A DNA stretch of 64,000 nt, taken from the sequence record LC778249.1; one strand, given 5' to 3'. Positions 17,201-27,289 of this stretch are shown here, one piece after another. Both the position numbers and the translations under genes were made by a program. The first letter of the stretch is position 1. Each line of letters begins with the position of its first letter. The notes below the pieces were generated by a model. The model was not told the origin of the DNA. It ran no database searches and was given only the letters and a program-made list of their open reading frames with translations.

Positions 17201-18498
17201 AACAAATCGTATTCTGCGTTTGTTGTTGCGCTATCATTTTTGCCAGTCTTTGGCCAAGCAATACCTTCCGACGTAGTATCAGATGGGTCACCGAATACTA
17301 ACTGATTAATACCACCGATTGAACCGTTGTTCAGTTTGATACTGTATTTTCCGAATCCCATGGTATCTGCTACTTTCATATTCAGAGCACCTACCATTTC
17401 ATCGCCAGCGCGTGAAACAAGATTCAATTCGACGTTAGTTGGCTTATCATCCTCGTGATAGATTCTTGAACTTTTTAGCCAATCGCTGCGTCCGTGTTTA
17501 AACCAAAGTTTATTTTCGTCAACGTCACTTCTAGCACCGGCAAATAATGACCAAGCAGCATAAGAAGCTGTCCATCCATTTACGGTGAATCCAGATACCC
17601 AACTAGAGCTAACATCACTTTTATTGGTGAAGTAAGCCGAAATTGTCTTATCTGCTAGGCCGCTTGGAGGAATCATTGCCGCACGTTCGTCTTTGACTCT
17701 AATCCAGTTCTTTTCGTCTACCTCGGATTTTGTATAAGCATCCAAGTCGCCTGGTGTTGGTTTATTTCCTGGGTGATAAACCATGTTGTCGCCAACATAC
17801 AGCGGTGTGTTTGAAATGTTTTTCATTGTTCTGACATCGAAACCAGATGTTCTATTTCCAACACCAGCACCAGCGGCTCTTATTTCTAGTAAATCTCCAC
17901 CCTTAGCTTGATCATATGCACCAAGCTTAAAAAATGTGGAATTACCAGCGGCGTCCCATCCTGATGTAATACTAGCAATTTCATTAACTCTTATCTTTCT
18001 AGCGACCGAGTTAAAAAGCAAATCCCCGGTCATTGTATCGCCGGCTTTTGCAACATTCTTTGCATCAATAGCGTCCGCGTAATCCTTACGCACTAAGCTA
18101 TTAGCTGCACTTGATTGAGCTGCGTTTGTTAACACAGGATATTGAAATAATGCACCGGTGGTTGCCAATTGCATCATCAATGCTGAATCTGTGTTTCCTG
18201 TTGAAATTTTATATACGGAACCCTGCACGGTTTCGTGCCAAATAATATCAGCTTCGCCGCCTCTAAATTTTCGTAGATAACTCTTAGAGTTTGTTGGCTG
18301 TGACGGCATACTAATCAAATCATAGTTAGTTCCACCGATATCGAAATTGGTGGTCCCTAATAAAGTTTGATTACCTCTTGTTGTCATTATCTCCTGATCG
18401 CGATAAAACAGCTTATCGTCAACCGGATTTAATTCCAGAATCCCTTGGTGCCAGATTAGATTTCCACCAATCTGAGACCCTAATTTAAGATCTGCCAT
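14284..18498 (-). CDS. 37: distal long tail fibre A (gp36/37 fusion with C-terminal intramolecular chaperone)
   Basis: gp36-like start; C-terminal SDERLK..EAGIIAQ..ALLIEAIKEL (peptidase S74 type); 1404 aa. Confidence 0.88.
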   Translation of the reverse strand: MADLKLGSQIGGNLIWHQGILELNPVDDKLFYRDQEIMTTRGNQTLLGTTNFDIGGTNYDLISMPSQPTNSKSYLRKFRGGEADIIWHETVQGSVYKISTGNTDSALMMQLATTGALFQYPVLTNAAQSSAANSLVRKDYADAIDAKNVAKAGDTMTGDLLFNSVARKIRVNEIASITSGWDAAGNSTFFKLGAYDQAKGGDLLEIRAAGAGVGNRTSGFDVRTMKNISNTPLYVGDNMVYHPGNKPTPGDLDAYTKSEVDEKNWIRVKDERAAMIPPSGLADKTISAYFTNKSDVSSSWVSGFTVNGWTASYAAWSLFAGARSDVDENKLWFKHGRSDWLKSSRIYHEDDKPTNVELNLVSRAGDEMVGALNMKVADTMGFGKYSIKLNNGSIGGINQLVFGDPSDTTSEGIAWPKTGKNDSATTNAEYDLLWALDGDLKFNNKSTYGEWNKPNHNDVGAPQRIKSSATGTAISYTRLCSMKAAIGSSGNGANFLLTGGNNFGNNSVPMYNISFNTQTYSGTGVHPEHMIRITLLQEGISECKFYAITVGTEVELWVQRPTYSGEMTITILNDWGLTVHMNTVATLPIEDKTEIDVARVYTSMQKPSNVDLNLVSRAGDKMTGALEISMPYPQIIFTESDQNDKKYIMIADGKGIRLNEDTTGGKGIWQYFPHEDKLTLYKPCTGEMGNLPSSLTTKDYVDTKVGTAVQSVTATGAVKSTGGINPVISLVNATTTEDGAMSAADKAKLNGLPAAAVNKTGDSMTGSLTFTNDSQLVWSRNTDWAKIGFKNDSDQDTDSYMWFETGDNGNEYFKFRVKPTGSTTSEDVFLIKRNETRSNGRFFVDPSTQGSDLITLIGTPNPTGTNARGISGYESTGTTRDWGVGAFSENGEFKFTYLGEGATPWINGLKIHKSGVIETNKSIHLKADNANIILENITDDATKYPSIKYRHMGGQNIEITPNVHDNIRPPFGWHFKKSNDNPSTTLNAYIDVEGTVYAGDDVIAGGDIVAKGNVNVTGHITVFADKATGKTSGETGITTARFVQMLTEKGAFKTVYWVSKVSWDYAGNNVITDTGFGNIHLAGCVIEVIGGTSQYTIRVTTPTTTGTALGAVASREYIYTNHGPTYAPGWRRSINSEDVNLSQTGSWAGTINSIPYIGSDGVMEVAKYIDFHDTNSTADYNVRLENQGDSLWVRTQHGGMQLGAQNTSYAHIYTDRPVFYMNKELQINGARVMFEGSTHGTLTLSNWIRTTGNTGWFNATYNGGIHMEDSTWVRTYNGKKFYCSNAEGDAIYTAGGIKAEGNGNFNDVYIRSDERLKSNFKPILNALDKVGYLSGITYDKVGKTTREAGIIAQRLKVVLPEATGTVTSNDIDYLTVSNSGVNALLIEAIKELTERVKYLESKLN

Positions 18499-18523
18499 TT
18501 CTAATCCTCATGTTAGTTTTCAT

Positions 18524-18531
18524 TATTTATG
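18524..18531 (-). promoter_or_regulatory. late promoter CATAAATA
   Basis: Between the gene 35 terminator and the fibre A SD. Confidence 0.6.
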
Positions 18532-18541
18532 AGATTGGAAT

Positions 18542-18592
18542 AAAAAAAAAGCCCCAACCGAAGTTGGGGCAAAAACCGTAATTGTTACGGTT
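18542..18592 (-). terminator. terminator preceded by a second hairpin
   Basis: GCCCCAAC-TTCG-GTTGGGGC plus T tract; upstream AACCGTAA/TTACGGTT hairpin. Confidence 0.85.
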
Positions 18593-18613
18593 AAGGGTAC
18601 CGGGTAGGTACGA

Positions 18614-21600
18614 TTAGATTGCCACCCACGGTTTCGCATCTGCTAAAGCTAGTTGCGATCCTGCTCCACGGGGACGGAAAATAACTTTCTTGTTAGTGTT
18701 CAATCCACTGAACCAAGAAGTGACAACAGCGTTTTCTGGAATTCCATATCCAGTTGCGTTGATTGCCTGAATTGCAGTAAACGTTCCGATATACTGCTCG
18801 TTATTATTATCGTCGATTTGATACAGCTCAACATCGATTGCGTTATATGGTCTTTTATCGCCAACAAAGTGCAAGTAAGCACTATAACCACTTGTATTTA
18901 TAGTAGTAAAAAGATCCATTTGAACACTGTCGATATAATGTGAGTCTTTCATTCTGCCAATCTGATTTTCTTCGCCTTTAGTTATATCCCATCCATAGAT
19001 CTTGTTTGTTGCGTCAATCTCACCAATTCTAATATATTTGATTGCGCCCAACTCGTTTTCTATGAAAGTGTCAACTGGTTTAACGGTTGAATATTGTGAT
19101 AGATCATAACGACGGCTATTGCACAACTTAGTGCTACTGTCAATCAACTCAACAAGCGTGATATCATTGTTGAATCTATATCCTCCAGCCCTTGCGCCGA
19201 TCAGATTTATACTTTCTGTGCCATCTGGATTCCAAGCTCCGGTAGCAGTTTTTCCATTTACTGTTATCGTGATTGTGTTACCAACAACACGCACAAATAT
19301 ATCAAGCTCGTCACCCACTTTAGCGCCAGCGTCGATTGTTATTCCTGTATTGAGCTGCTTGGCCGCATTATAGGAGAACACACGAACTGAGCTAACACTT
19401 CGATATTGGTCAACGCAAATCGTGCTGGTATCATAGACCGGCCCGCTCAAAATAGGATTGATATCGTCTTTTAGAGCACCAGCTTTACACTTAACACGAA
19501 TTGCCCAATCTTTCGGATCTGGCTTCCAAGCGTTTTGAATATGAAGATATCCAGTTCTGTAATCAGGAATCCATTTAGTTCGATTCACAGTTTTCATGAT
19601 CGGAGTCTCTCGATCTTCTAGTTTATATTCACTTCCACTAGAATTCTCGATAATAACGTCGGTGTAAACTCTGGAGACGTTTAGCTTATGAATCTTGACT
19701 ATCTCATTGAGCTTAGGTGCAATCGTTCTTATATAGACGCCAGGAGCTTCGTCCGTGATTTTATAAGCAACTGACCCTTTGCATCTTCCAGCTGGAAGAG
19801 ATTTGATCAATGGCGCACTACCACTTTGTGCCGGTGAATATCTCAACTCAATTCGAGTTTCTCCTTCGATGTCAAAATCAATTCGAACAATAGAACCCTT
19901 TGGTGCACTAAATTTCAGAGTGCCTCCACTAGGAGTCGTTGCGGTATTGAACTTATAGGACTTTTCATTTTGTCTAACGGCAGTGCTAAACAAACTCAGA
20001 TCTGAAACGTAAGTTTTACTTGCGATTACATCTGCTTTTGCCAGTTCGTCCTTGACATAGTTGTTATAGGCATCATATCGACTCATGTTATAATTTTTGT
20101 AATAACGATCATCTTTACCCTTTCCATCAAGTGAGAAGTCCCAGATATATCCATCGAAAAACTCGGTGTTATTATATCTTGCACCAACCCGAACAACTCT
20201 ACTACCTGATTTGATATATCCACTAAGAACGTAATCTGTATTTGCAAGAACTTGCATCCCGGCAGTAAATGGAGTTCCGTTTACAGTAGAAATCACATAA
20301 TTTCCGTATGCAGTTAATATTCCAGATGTTGTAATGTAAATTCCACCAAACTGATTGATAGTTTCAGTTAATGTTCTACCTTCAAGAATATATCCTTTAC
20401 CAGAACGAGAATTGAATTTGATTTGAAACTCACCGGGACCATTCCAAGGCTGAATATCTGAATATTGATCTACGCCATTCAATGGAGCGATTTGCTTATT
20501 AATATCAATCCAATCAACGTTAGTCACTTTGCCGTTAATCTTAGGACTAATAACACACTCAATCTTAAACTTCATTGTGTTAACGTTTTTACCGTCGGCT
20601 TCTACTATCCATGCTCCATTATTAACATCAAGTGGATTTCTGATAGAATATTGACTTGAGCTTTGTACCCAATCTGCTCTTGGACTAGCGATCTCACGAA
20701 CAACGCAAGAATATCGTTTATTGAGTTCCAATCCAGGAAGCAATGTGTTTCCGCCAGCGTCTAAAATCGTCACGAACACATCTTTACTTTCATCGCATAG
20801 ACCACCGGGAACAAGTTTAGATCCAGGTCCACAATAAAGAGCATTTGCACTATTATCAGGAGAAACGTTGGTAGCGAAATATTCTTTGCCGCTATAGCGT
20901 GATTTGCCAGGAACTGTTCGTTTATCATCTAGTTGACCGGGTCTAACGAAATTATAAAAGCGATCATTTGTTCCATTCAGGCGAGTTTTGTCAATCATGT
21001 TTAGTTCATGGACAGATCCGCGGAGTTTATGCATATAAACGTTTCCTCGCTTATCTGCTCCGACTGCAAAATGAGTTATTTGTTTAAACGGAGCTGTAGC
21101 GATTCCAGATTTAACTTCTACACCATCCAGATAGAACTTAACATTTGAGCCGTCTACCTCAATCTTATATGTGTATGATTTACCATATTCGATTCTAGCA
21201 TCAAAATCGTATCCAAATCCTCCATAACTAAAGAAGTGTCCTTCTCCTCTATCATGATGAACTGTTCTAATACCAACTTTTAGATTTCTATTCTCCGTTC
21301 CGTCGGTAGTTCCACCCATACCAGAACGCATCCACGTATCGGTAATATCTGGATAGTCATAAGAGATAGTTTGACTAACTTCGAATTTAGAACCCGGAAT
21401 CCAGTCTGGTATATCGAAATATCCAGTTTGATCGAATTGTGGCAACCATTCTTGATCTAGTTCTTCGTATGATTGAGATACTAGATCGCCTACCTTAGAA
21501 CTAGCAACGAAAGACGCTTCCGCATCGCCTTCATTGGCGGTAGAAGTAATAAAGCCCCATTGTCCAACTGTTCCATGTGATCTAGACTTATTAACTTCCG

Positions 21601-22531
21601 GCTTTCTAAGCTTTACCATTACGTCGCGCATACCAATAGCTGCTGTGCTTGTTGGCACACTAGGATATCGATATAATGACAACTCAATTCGATTGCAGTT
21701 TGTCGGAACCCTAGACATATTTGAACCCGGCGTCCAAACATCTACCGCAGTTGGCTTAATGTGCATACCAGAAATATATGTATTTCCATTCCAGAACTGC
21801 ATAATAAGAGCGCAACCAGTTTTATCTGTAATTGCTTTTTGTTCGTGAAACACTTCCGCATTCATTTCGATATATTCGCCGACTTTGATATTCAACTCAG
21901 ATAATGGCTTATCGATGATTTTAACAACTGCATATCCAGCAGTGGATGATATTACTTCGTTTTCTTCCCACGCAATCATATCACCGTAACCGGTAACACC
22001 AATATCAGCGAATGTATCAAATACAATACAAAGCTGGGCTTGCATAGTTGTTTTACCATGACCCATGAATTGTTCAGTCATGATCTTTTTCAGTGGACAA
22101 TCAATAATAGCAACGTAAGAACTTCTATTTGTTCCTTTTGCTGGATTCCAATAATACTTCCAACCAACAGAACCAATTTGATCGAAATATGTATTAAGCT
22201 TGTCATTAGTCACGTTTTCTGTGTGACTCATTAGAAGAATAATACCAGTAGACAAACTATTAACCCAGTTTGTAAATCTATCTGTATCCGCGGCAATTGA
22301 AAAGTCAAATGCCATACCGGTTGCTTTAAAATCTTCGGTCAAATGAATGCAGTTTAAGCCCTTCGTTTGAGAAGGGCTAAGGCTGATTCCGTTTAAGGTG
22401 GCAACGCATTCACCTCCTGCGTTGCCTTGTTGACCCTTAATAACTAACTCGTTATCGCCAGAAAATGTTTCTGACAGATCGCGAGCTTGAATACCCTGTT
22501 CTGTAACACGGGCAATAACTAATTCAGCCAT
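18614..22531 (-). CDS. 35: gp35 hinge protein with ~950-aa C-terminal extension (1305 aa)
   Basis: GGAGG SD before ATG 22531; gp35-like N-terminus; lies between 34 and the gp36-like gene. Confidence 0.8.
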   Translation of the reverse strand: MAELVIARVTEQGIQARDLSETFSGDNELVIKGQQGNAGGECVATLNGISLSPSQTKGLNCIHLTEDFKATGMAFDFSIAADTDRFTNWVNSLSTGIILLMSHTENVTNDKLNTYFDQIGSVGWKYYWNPAKGTNRSSYVAIIDCPLKKIMTEQFMGHGKTTMQAQLCIVFDTFADIGVTGYGDMIAWEENEVISSTAGYAVVKIIDKPLSELNIKVGEYIEMNAEVFHEQKAITDKTGCALIMQFWNGNTYISGMHIKPTAVDVWTPGSNMSRVPTNCNRIELSLYRYPSVPTSTAAIGMRDVMVKLRKPEVNKSRSHGTVGQWGFITSTANEGDAEASFVASSKVGDLVSQSYEELDQEWLPQFDQTGYFDIPDWIPGSKFEVSQTISYDYPDITDTWMRSGMGGTTDGTENRNLKVGIRTVHHDRGEGHFFSYGGFGYDFDARIEYGKSYTYKIEVDGSNVKFYLDGVEVKSGIATAPFKQITHFAVGADKRGNVYMHKLRGSVHELNMIDKTRLNGTNDRFYNFVRPGQLDDKRTVPGKSRYSGKEYFATNVSPDNSANALYCGPGSKLVPGGLCDESKDVFVTILDAGGNTLLPGLELNKRYSCVVREIASPRADWVQSSSQYSIRNPLDVNNGAWIVEADGKNVNTMKFKIECVISPKINGKVTNVDWIDINKQIAPLNGVDQYSDIQPWNGPGEFQIKFNSRSGKGYILEGRTLTETINQFGGIYITTSGILTAYGNYVISTVNGTPFTAGMQVLANTDYVLSGYIKSGSRVVRVGARYNNTEFFDGYIWDFSLDGKGKDDRYYKNYNMSRYDAYNNYVKDELAKADVIASKTYVSDLSLFSTAVRQNEKSYKFNTATTPSGGTLKFSAPKGSIVRIDFDIEGETRIELRYSPAQSGSAPLIKSLPAGRCKGSVAYKITDEAPGVYIRTIAPKLNEIVKIHKLNVSRVYTDVIIENSSGSEYKLEDRETPIMKTVNRTKWIPDYRTGYLHIQNAWKPDPKDWAIRVKCKAGALKDDINPILSGPVYDTSTICVDQYRSVSSVRVFSYNAAKQLNTGITIDAGAKVGDELDIFVRVVGNTITITVNGKTATGAWNPDGTESINLIGARAGGYRFNNDITLVELIDSSTKLCNSRRYDLSQYSTVKPVDTFIENELGAIKYIRIGEIDATNKIYGWDITKGEENQIGRMKDSHYIDSVQMDLFTTINTSGYSAYLHFVGDKRPYNAIDVELYQIDDNNNEQYIGTFTAIQAINATGYGIPENAVVTSWFSGLNTNKKVIFRPRGAGSQLALADAKPWVAI

Positions 22532-22541
22532 TTGGCCTCCG

Positions 22542-25500
22542 TTAACTAATCCAAATAAAATCAACAGATCTGGTTACTGCGTTAGGTCTAATTTCCAAGA
22601 ACTCACCGTTACCGACTTCAATTCTCAGACGCTTAACTGTTAGCAGTTCCTTGATTGTCACATCACCATTTGCAGTAATAGCTTGTGGGGATGTAATAAT
22701 CAATTCGCCAGTCATGTTGTCACCTTTCTTATTTACACGACTATCGGCAGACTTAGTAACATCATCAATCAAGTTATCGACGTAATCCTTGCGGGTTAAA
22801 TCGTTAGCTGCGACCGGTGCGGTTGCTTTAGTTCTAACTTGACTGGATGCCTCAACAATACCATCAGGATGGAATCGTGTCTGGTTTGTTGGGTCTGTAT
22901 ACCCATTCGGTCTAATGTTCAATGCGATTTTGTTTGAACCGATGTTAAGAGCACCATCAGTTCCAGCATACAAACCAGTTAATGCAATTGCACCGCCAAC
23001 TTTAATACTGAACGCATTGCCGTTACCAGCACTGAATGTTGTATCATTCTGGAATGTTTTCAATCCGGTAATAGTCTCAGTGACGTTTCCAGTCTTGCGA
23101 ACATAACGATCTTCGTTATATCTCCAACGTGCCAAATGATTATCAGCGGTAGGATCTTGTCCACCGTTTGAAACGTTTCTATAGAACTGAACATCGCCTG
23201 TTCTGAAAATACTCATTTTCGCGTCGAATACATCATCGGTAATAGTGCTGACCTGATAAGCACCGTCAATAACATGAACGCCGTTTGCCCACCAATTTTT
23301 ATTGGTGCTGTTTCTGAACATAATTGCGGTATCTTGTTTGCCACCAGTTGCAATCATATCAAGTCTAACAACGCTTGCACGTTCAATAACTGGAGATTCG
23401 GTAAACTTCATACCACCGGTAATAGTCTGTGCAACTGTACGACGAATCCAATCATCGGCTTTAACTCTTGTGCCGTCTGCTGTATCCATAGAACGTGAAC
23501 TTTCGGCAACACCTAGAAGGGGCAAATAATGAGCTAATGCGGTATTCAGTGCTCGTGGACTAACAACGATATTATCCGTTGCATATTGACCAACTGGGCG
23601 AGTTGATCCTTGAATATCATCACCTTGCCACACTGTATTCGCGCTTGCATCATTTGCCAGAACACACATCATACCAACGCCATAACGAGATTCATTCATT
23701 CTGTGGTTCGCGCTTGTGCGCATAGAATCAAGAACACGAATTGGAGTCATTGCGCGAGTTGCATCTGTGCCAGCGTCGGATTCTGCCTTAGTCGCGATCT
23801 CAATAATACCAGTCAGGGTTTCACTTGCTTTTCTGTCGTTCAATTTCTTAGGCGTAATCATCACGTTATCAAGCGGATTAATCATTGTGTTTGTTTCTGC
23901 TTGTGTTGCAGTACGCAATGTTCCGCGTTGTGTTTCGGTTGATTCTACGATATTAAAACTCTGTCCTGCCCAGATTGAACCAGCAGTGGTTAAACCGCTT
24001 GACACATCAACTGTTAACCGTGTACCATTCAACCATACTCCGAATGTTTTTGGAGTTACAAACCAACGATCATGCAAAGTGCCAGCATCGACTTCTGCCT
24101 GTGTTGCCGTTTCTGCTAGACCCCAGCGGGTTTCGTTTGCAGTACGCTTAACAATCGCATCCGGTGTAACATGAATGTTATCGCCAGTTGGAGGAGTATT
24201 TGAACTCATTTCCGCATCGGTAACAGCTCTTGACAAACCGGTTAGTGCTGTCGTAGCTTGACGTCCTTGCAGAGTCTTAGCAGTAACGAGCAACGGACCA
24301 TTAACATGGTTATCTGTGCCAGCGTCAGTTTCTGGTTGAGTAGCGACGAATCCCATACCTTGAGAAGTTTCGGTAGCGACCTTCTCGAACAAAACTTTTG
24401 GTGTTACATAACGGTAATGCTCGTCGAAATCATGAACACCTACACCTTTAGTACCACGCTCTGCTTGTTTTGCGCCAGCCTGAATAACTTGGTAAGTAAT
24501 ACCGGTTTGTGTCTCGGTTGACTTGCGACCATCCAGCACTTTTGGAGTGATTGCAGTCTGTGCCCACATTTCACCGGTGCCACTCATTGCGTTAGCTTGT
24601 GCTTGTGTTGCTACAGTCAAAACACCACGCATGGTCTCAGTTGCCAATCTGTTGTTGACTCTTTCCGGAGTCATGATTACACTGTTCCAAGCTTCGGTTG
24701 TACCGCTTGTTGCTTTTGATTCAGCATCAGTTGCCAATCGAGCGATACCACGGTTAGTCTGTGTGGCGACTTTGTTACTCAGGGTTTCTGGTGTTACAAA
24801 TGCTTCGCAATCACGATTTTGACCAGTTGTAATTTGCTCTTTGTTTTTGTTTACTTCTACTTGTGTAGCGATTGCCGCTAGACCAACAAATGATGTATCA
24901 TTGCGATCAACTCTGAATGGCATTGGTGTGTTGGAGATCAAAACCCAAACATCAAGACCAGTTCCCAGTGCATTTCGGAAGTAAGTGAATTCCCATTGAT
25001 GGGAACGACCGTCGATTGTGAAAGTCTCTGTCTTTGTTGTAAACTTAGTCAGGTCTTTAACAATGTCGCGATACTTACTAACATATGGAGTACCAAGTGC
25101 ATTTTCGTCTGGAACGATATAATCGTTAGCTTGTGCGTCCGGGATCTTGACTGTGATCTTAGAACCTTGTACCATATAACTTGTATCGATGATAAAGCTA
25201 TCGCCGTTGGATGCTTCTTGAGGAAACGTTACGGTGATTGTATCTGTTGCATTTGCAGCGTGTACCGCTAGTTTTTCACCAAGAATAGCTGTATAATTGG
25301 ATTCAATCATGTTCCAACGAGCTTTGGTGTCTGCATCAAAAACGCGCCACTGGTTAATTCTCGCGTCAAACACGAAATAACCCCAACCGGTGCTATCAAA
25401 CTTGGCACTGTCAACTGGTGTTTCGCCTACGCCAACTAGAATCTTATGGTTACTGTTTGGGTAAACGAAAAACTCAGTTTTAGTAAGTGGATTCAATCTA

Positions 25501-26255
25501 TCCAAATCGTATGTTACAATGGTATCGCCATGGTTTGCATAACGAGGAAGACGAATACGAATGCCACCGCCGTATTGAGTTTCGCGGACAAGATGATCGC
25601 CAACCTTAGCACGGAAGAAGTTTTCACCGGGAATATAGCTTGACGAACTAACATAAGTTCGATTAGAATCTCCCTGTGCCCACAACTGAGCAACCCACTC
25701 GGTACCATTGTAAATGAATACAGTGGTAGATCCAGATAGTGTGATGCGATGTGTTGCCTGATTGTTGATTTTTTTGCCGTTGCCGTTTACTACGATTTCA
25801 TAATCGTGGGTAGCGAATCCGTTGTCTTTGATAACTACGGTATCGCCCGCTGCTGGAATATTGTTTGCAGCATCGAACGGCATAGTGTATACTGAGTTTG
25901 CGCCTACAATCTGAGATAGAATGTATTCACCTTGACGAACGTTACCCTGCAAGTTAGCAGTCGATGTAACTACTCGCCATGATGGGTCAACGCGAGTCGC
26001 TTTCCATTTGTTAAGATTGAAAGGCTCCGGTGCTGTAATTTCGACTTCGCTAATATAGATGCGGTCGTTATATGTTACAGCAAAGTCCTTTGGATATGTT
26101 CTGCTTGGGCTATGTGGCTGAATGGTGTTTTCGTAGGTGAAGAAATCAACGTTAACGCCGTCCCCGCCTTTAGTTTTATCAGGGTAGCCGAAGTTAATAG
26201 CGCGATGTCCGGCAGCATCCAATCCTGCCGTAGCGCGTAGCGGTTGTAAAGCCAT
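22542..26255 (-). CDS. 34: proximal long tail fibre gp34
   Basis: LRATAGLDAAG..IN start; repeats GIARLAT.AE and ATQAE. Confidence 0.93.
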   Translation of the reverse strand: MALQPLRATAGLDAAGHRAINFGYPDKTKGGDGVNVDFFTYENTIQPHSPSRTYPKDFAVTYNDRIYISEVEITAPEPFNLNKWKATRVDPSWRVVTSTANLQGNVRQGEYILSQIVGANSVYTMPFDAANNIPAAGDTVVIKDNGFATHDYEIVVNGNGKKINNQATHRITLSGSTTVFIYNGTEWVAQLWAQGDSNRTYVSSSSYIPGENFFRAKVGDHLVRETQYGGGIRIRLPRYANHGDTIVTYDLDRLNPLTKTEFFVYPNSNHKILVGVGETPVDSAKFDSTGWGYFVFDARINQWRVFDADTKARWNMIESNYTAILGEKLAVHAANATDTITVTFPQEASNGDSFIIDTSYMVQGSKITVKIPDAQANDYIVPDENALGTPYVSKYRDIVKDLTKFTTKTETFTIDGRSHQWEFTYFRNALGTGLDVWVLISNTPMPFRVDRNDTSFVGLAAIATQVEVNKNKEQITTGQNRDCEAFVTPETLSNKVATQTNRGIARLATDAESKATSGTTEAWNSVIMTPERVNNRLATETMRGVLTVATQAQANAMSGTGEMWAQTAITPKVLDGRKSTETQTGITYQVIQAGAKQAERGTKGVGVHDFDEHYRYVTPKVLFEKVATETSQGMGFVATQPETDAGTDNHVNGPLLVTAKTLQGRQATTALTGLSRAVTDAEMSSNTPPTGDNIHVTPDAIVKRTANETRWGLAETATQAEVDAGTLHDRWFVTPKTFGVWLNGTRLTVDVSSGLTTAGSIWAGQSFNIVESTETQRGTLRTATQAETNTMINPLDNVMITPKKLNDRKASETLTGIIEIATKAESDAGTDATRAMTPIRVLDSMRTSANHRMNESRYGVGMMCVLANDASANTVWQGDDIQGSTRPVGQYATDNIVVSPRALNTALAHYLPLLGVAESSRSMDTADGTRVKADDWIRRTVAQTITGGMKFTESPVIERASVVRLDMIATGGKQDTAIMFRNSTNKNWWANGVHVIDGAYQVSTITDDVFDAKMSIFRTGDVQFYRNVSNGGQDPTADNHLARWRYNEDRYVRKTGNVTETITGLKTFQNDTTFSAGNGNAFSIKVGGAIALTGLYAGTDGALNIGSNKIALNIRPNGYTDPTNQTRFHPDGIVEASSQVRTKATAPVAANDLTRKDYVDNLIDDVTKSADSRVNKKGDNMTGELIITSPQAITANGDVTIKELLTVKRLRIEVGNGEFLEIRPNAVTRSVDFIWIS

Positions 26256-26285
26256 TGCGTACCTCTTTTGTGTATGTTATGCTGT

Positions 26286-26292
26286 TATTTAG
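26286..26292 (-). promoter_or_regulatory. late promoter CTAAATA for gene 34
   Basis: About 30 nt upstream of the 34 start. Confidence 0.6.
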
Positions 26293-26332
26293 AACTTAAC
26301 CCCGTCGAAGTTCAGACGATTAGAGGAGTCCC

Positions 26333-27253
26333 ATGGATTTATCATCAATGCTAGGCGAAGAGGAAAGCCAAGGATACTGCATCTTTGACTTTAGTCAGAT
26401 CGCTATTGCAACAATCTTACAAACTTATGAGCCGACTGATAAGATCGACACCAATCTGGTGCGACATCTGATCCTTTCGTCTCTGAAATACAACGTTCTG
26501 AATCGCAAGCGCGAGTATCCGAATATCATTATCGCGGTAGATAATAGCGCCGATGGTGGATACTGGCGACGTCAGAAATATTATTTCTACAAAAAGCACC
26601 GCGAGCGTGATCGCAAAGAATCCGAATGGGACTGGGAATCTATCTTTGATTCACTGAAAACCGTTGCATACGAGATTCGCGACAACATGCCGTATAAGAC
26701 ATTGATTCTTCCTCATACCGAGGCAGATGATATCATCGGTGTGCTGTGTAAGTATTTGGACGAAAAATGTCCAGATGCACCTGTGCTTGTTGTTTCATCA
26801 GATGGTGATATGACTCAAACGCAACGTTATAAAAACGTCAAGCAGTGGAGTCCAGGCCAGAAGAAATGGGTCAAGCCCAAAGAAGGCACATGGCGTCAAT
26901 CTTTGATCACTAAGATCATTAAAGGCGATACTGGTGATGGCGTTGCTAATATTAAGTCTCGTTCGGATTTCATCTACACGAAGCTTGATGGCGAGCGTCA
27001 GAAGTCAATCAGCTCCAAGCTGTTGGCACAAGCGTTTGAAACTAAAGATCCGGCAACATTGTTTACTGGCGACGAGTTAGTAAGATACAATGAAAACCGT
27101 GAATTGGTTGACTTCGAAATGATTCCCGATCACATCCGAAGCGCAATCATCAATGAATTTGAAACAATCAAAGTGCCGGGTCGTAGCAAAATCTATCCGT
27201 ACTTTGTGAAAAAAGCCATCAAAAAATTGCTAGACAGTGCTAACGATTTTTGA
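26333..27253 (+). CDS. rnh: RNase H / 5'-3' exonuclease
   Basis: FDFSQIA, YWRR, EADDIIG, SSDGD, KGDTGDGVANI. Confidence 0.95.
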   Translation: MDLSSMLGEEESQGYCIFDFSQIAIATILQTYEPTDKIDTNLVRHLILSSLKYNVLNRKREYPNIIIAVDNSADGGYWRRQKYYFYKKHRERDRKESEWDWESIFDSLKTVAYEIRDNMPYKTLILPHTEADDIIGVLCKYLDEKCPDAPVLVVSSDGDMTQTQRYKNVKQWSPGQKKWVKPKEGTWRQSLITKIIKGDTGDGVANIKSRSDFIYTKLDGERQKSISSKLLAQAFETKDPATLFTGDELVRYNENRELVDFEMIPDHIRSAIINEFETIKVPGRSKIYPYFVKKAIKKLLDSANDF

Positions 27254-27289
27254 TAATATAAACTTCTGTTAAACAAAGAGAAACTGAAA

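Noticed and set aside
23400-24900. gp34 internal repeats
   Set aside because: Standard gp34/gp12 repeat architecture
26256-26332. Early promoter for rnh
   Set aside because: No convincing -35/-10 pair
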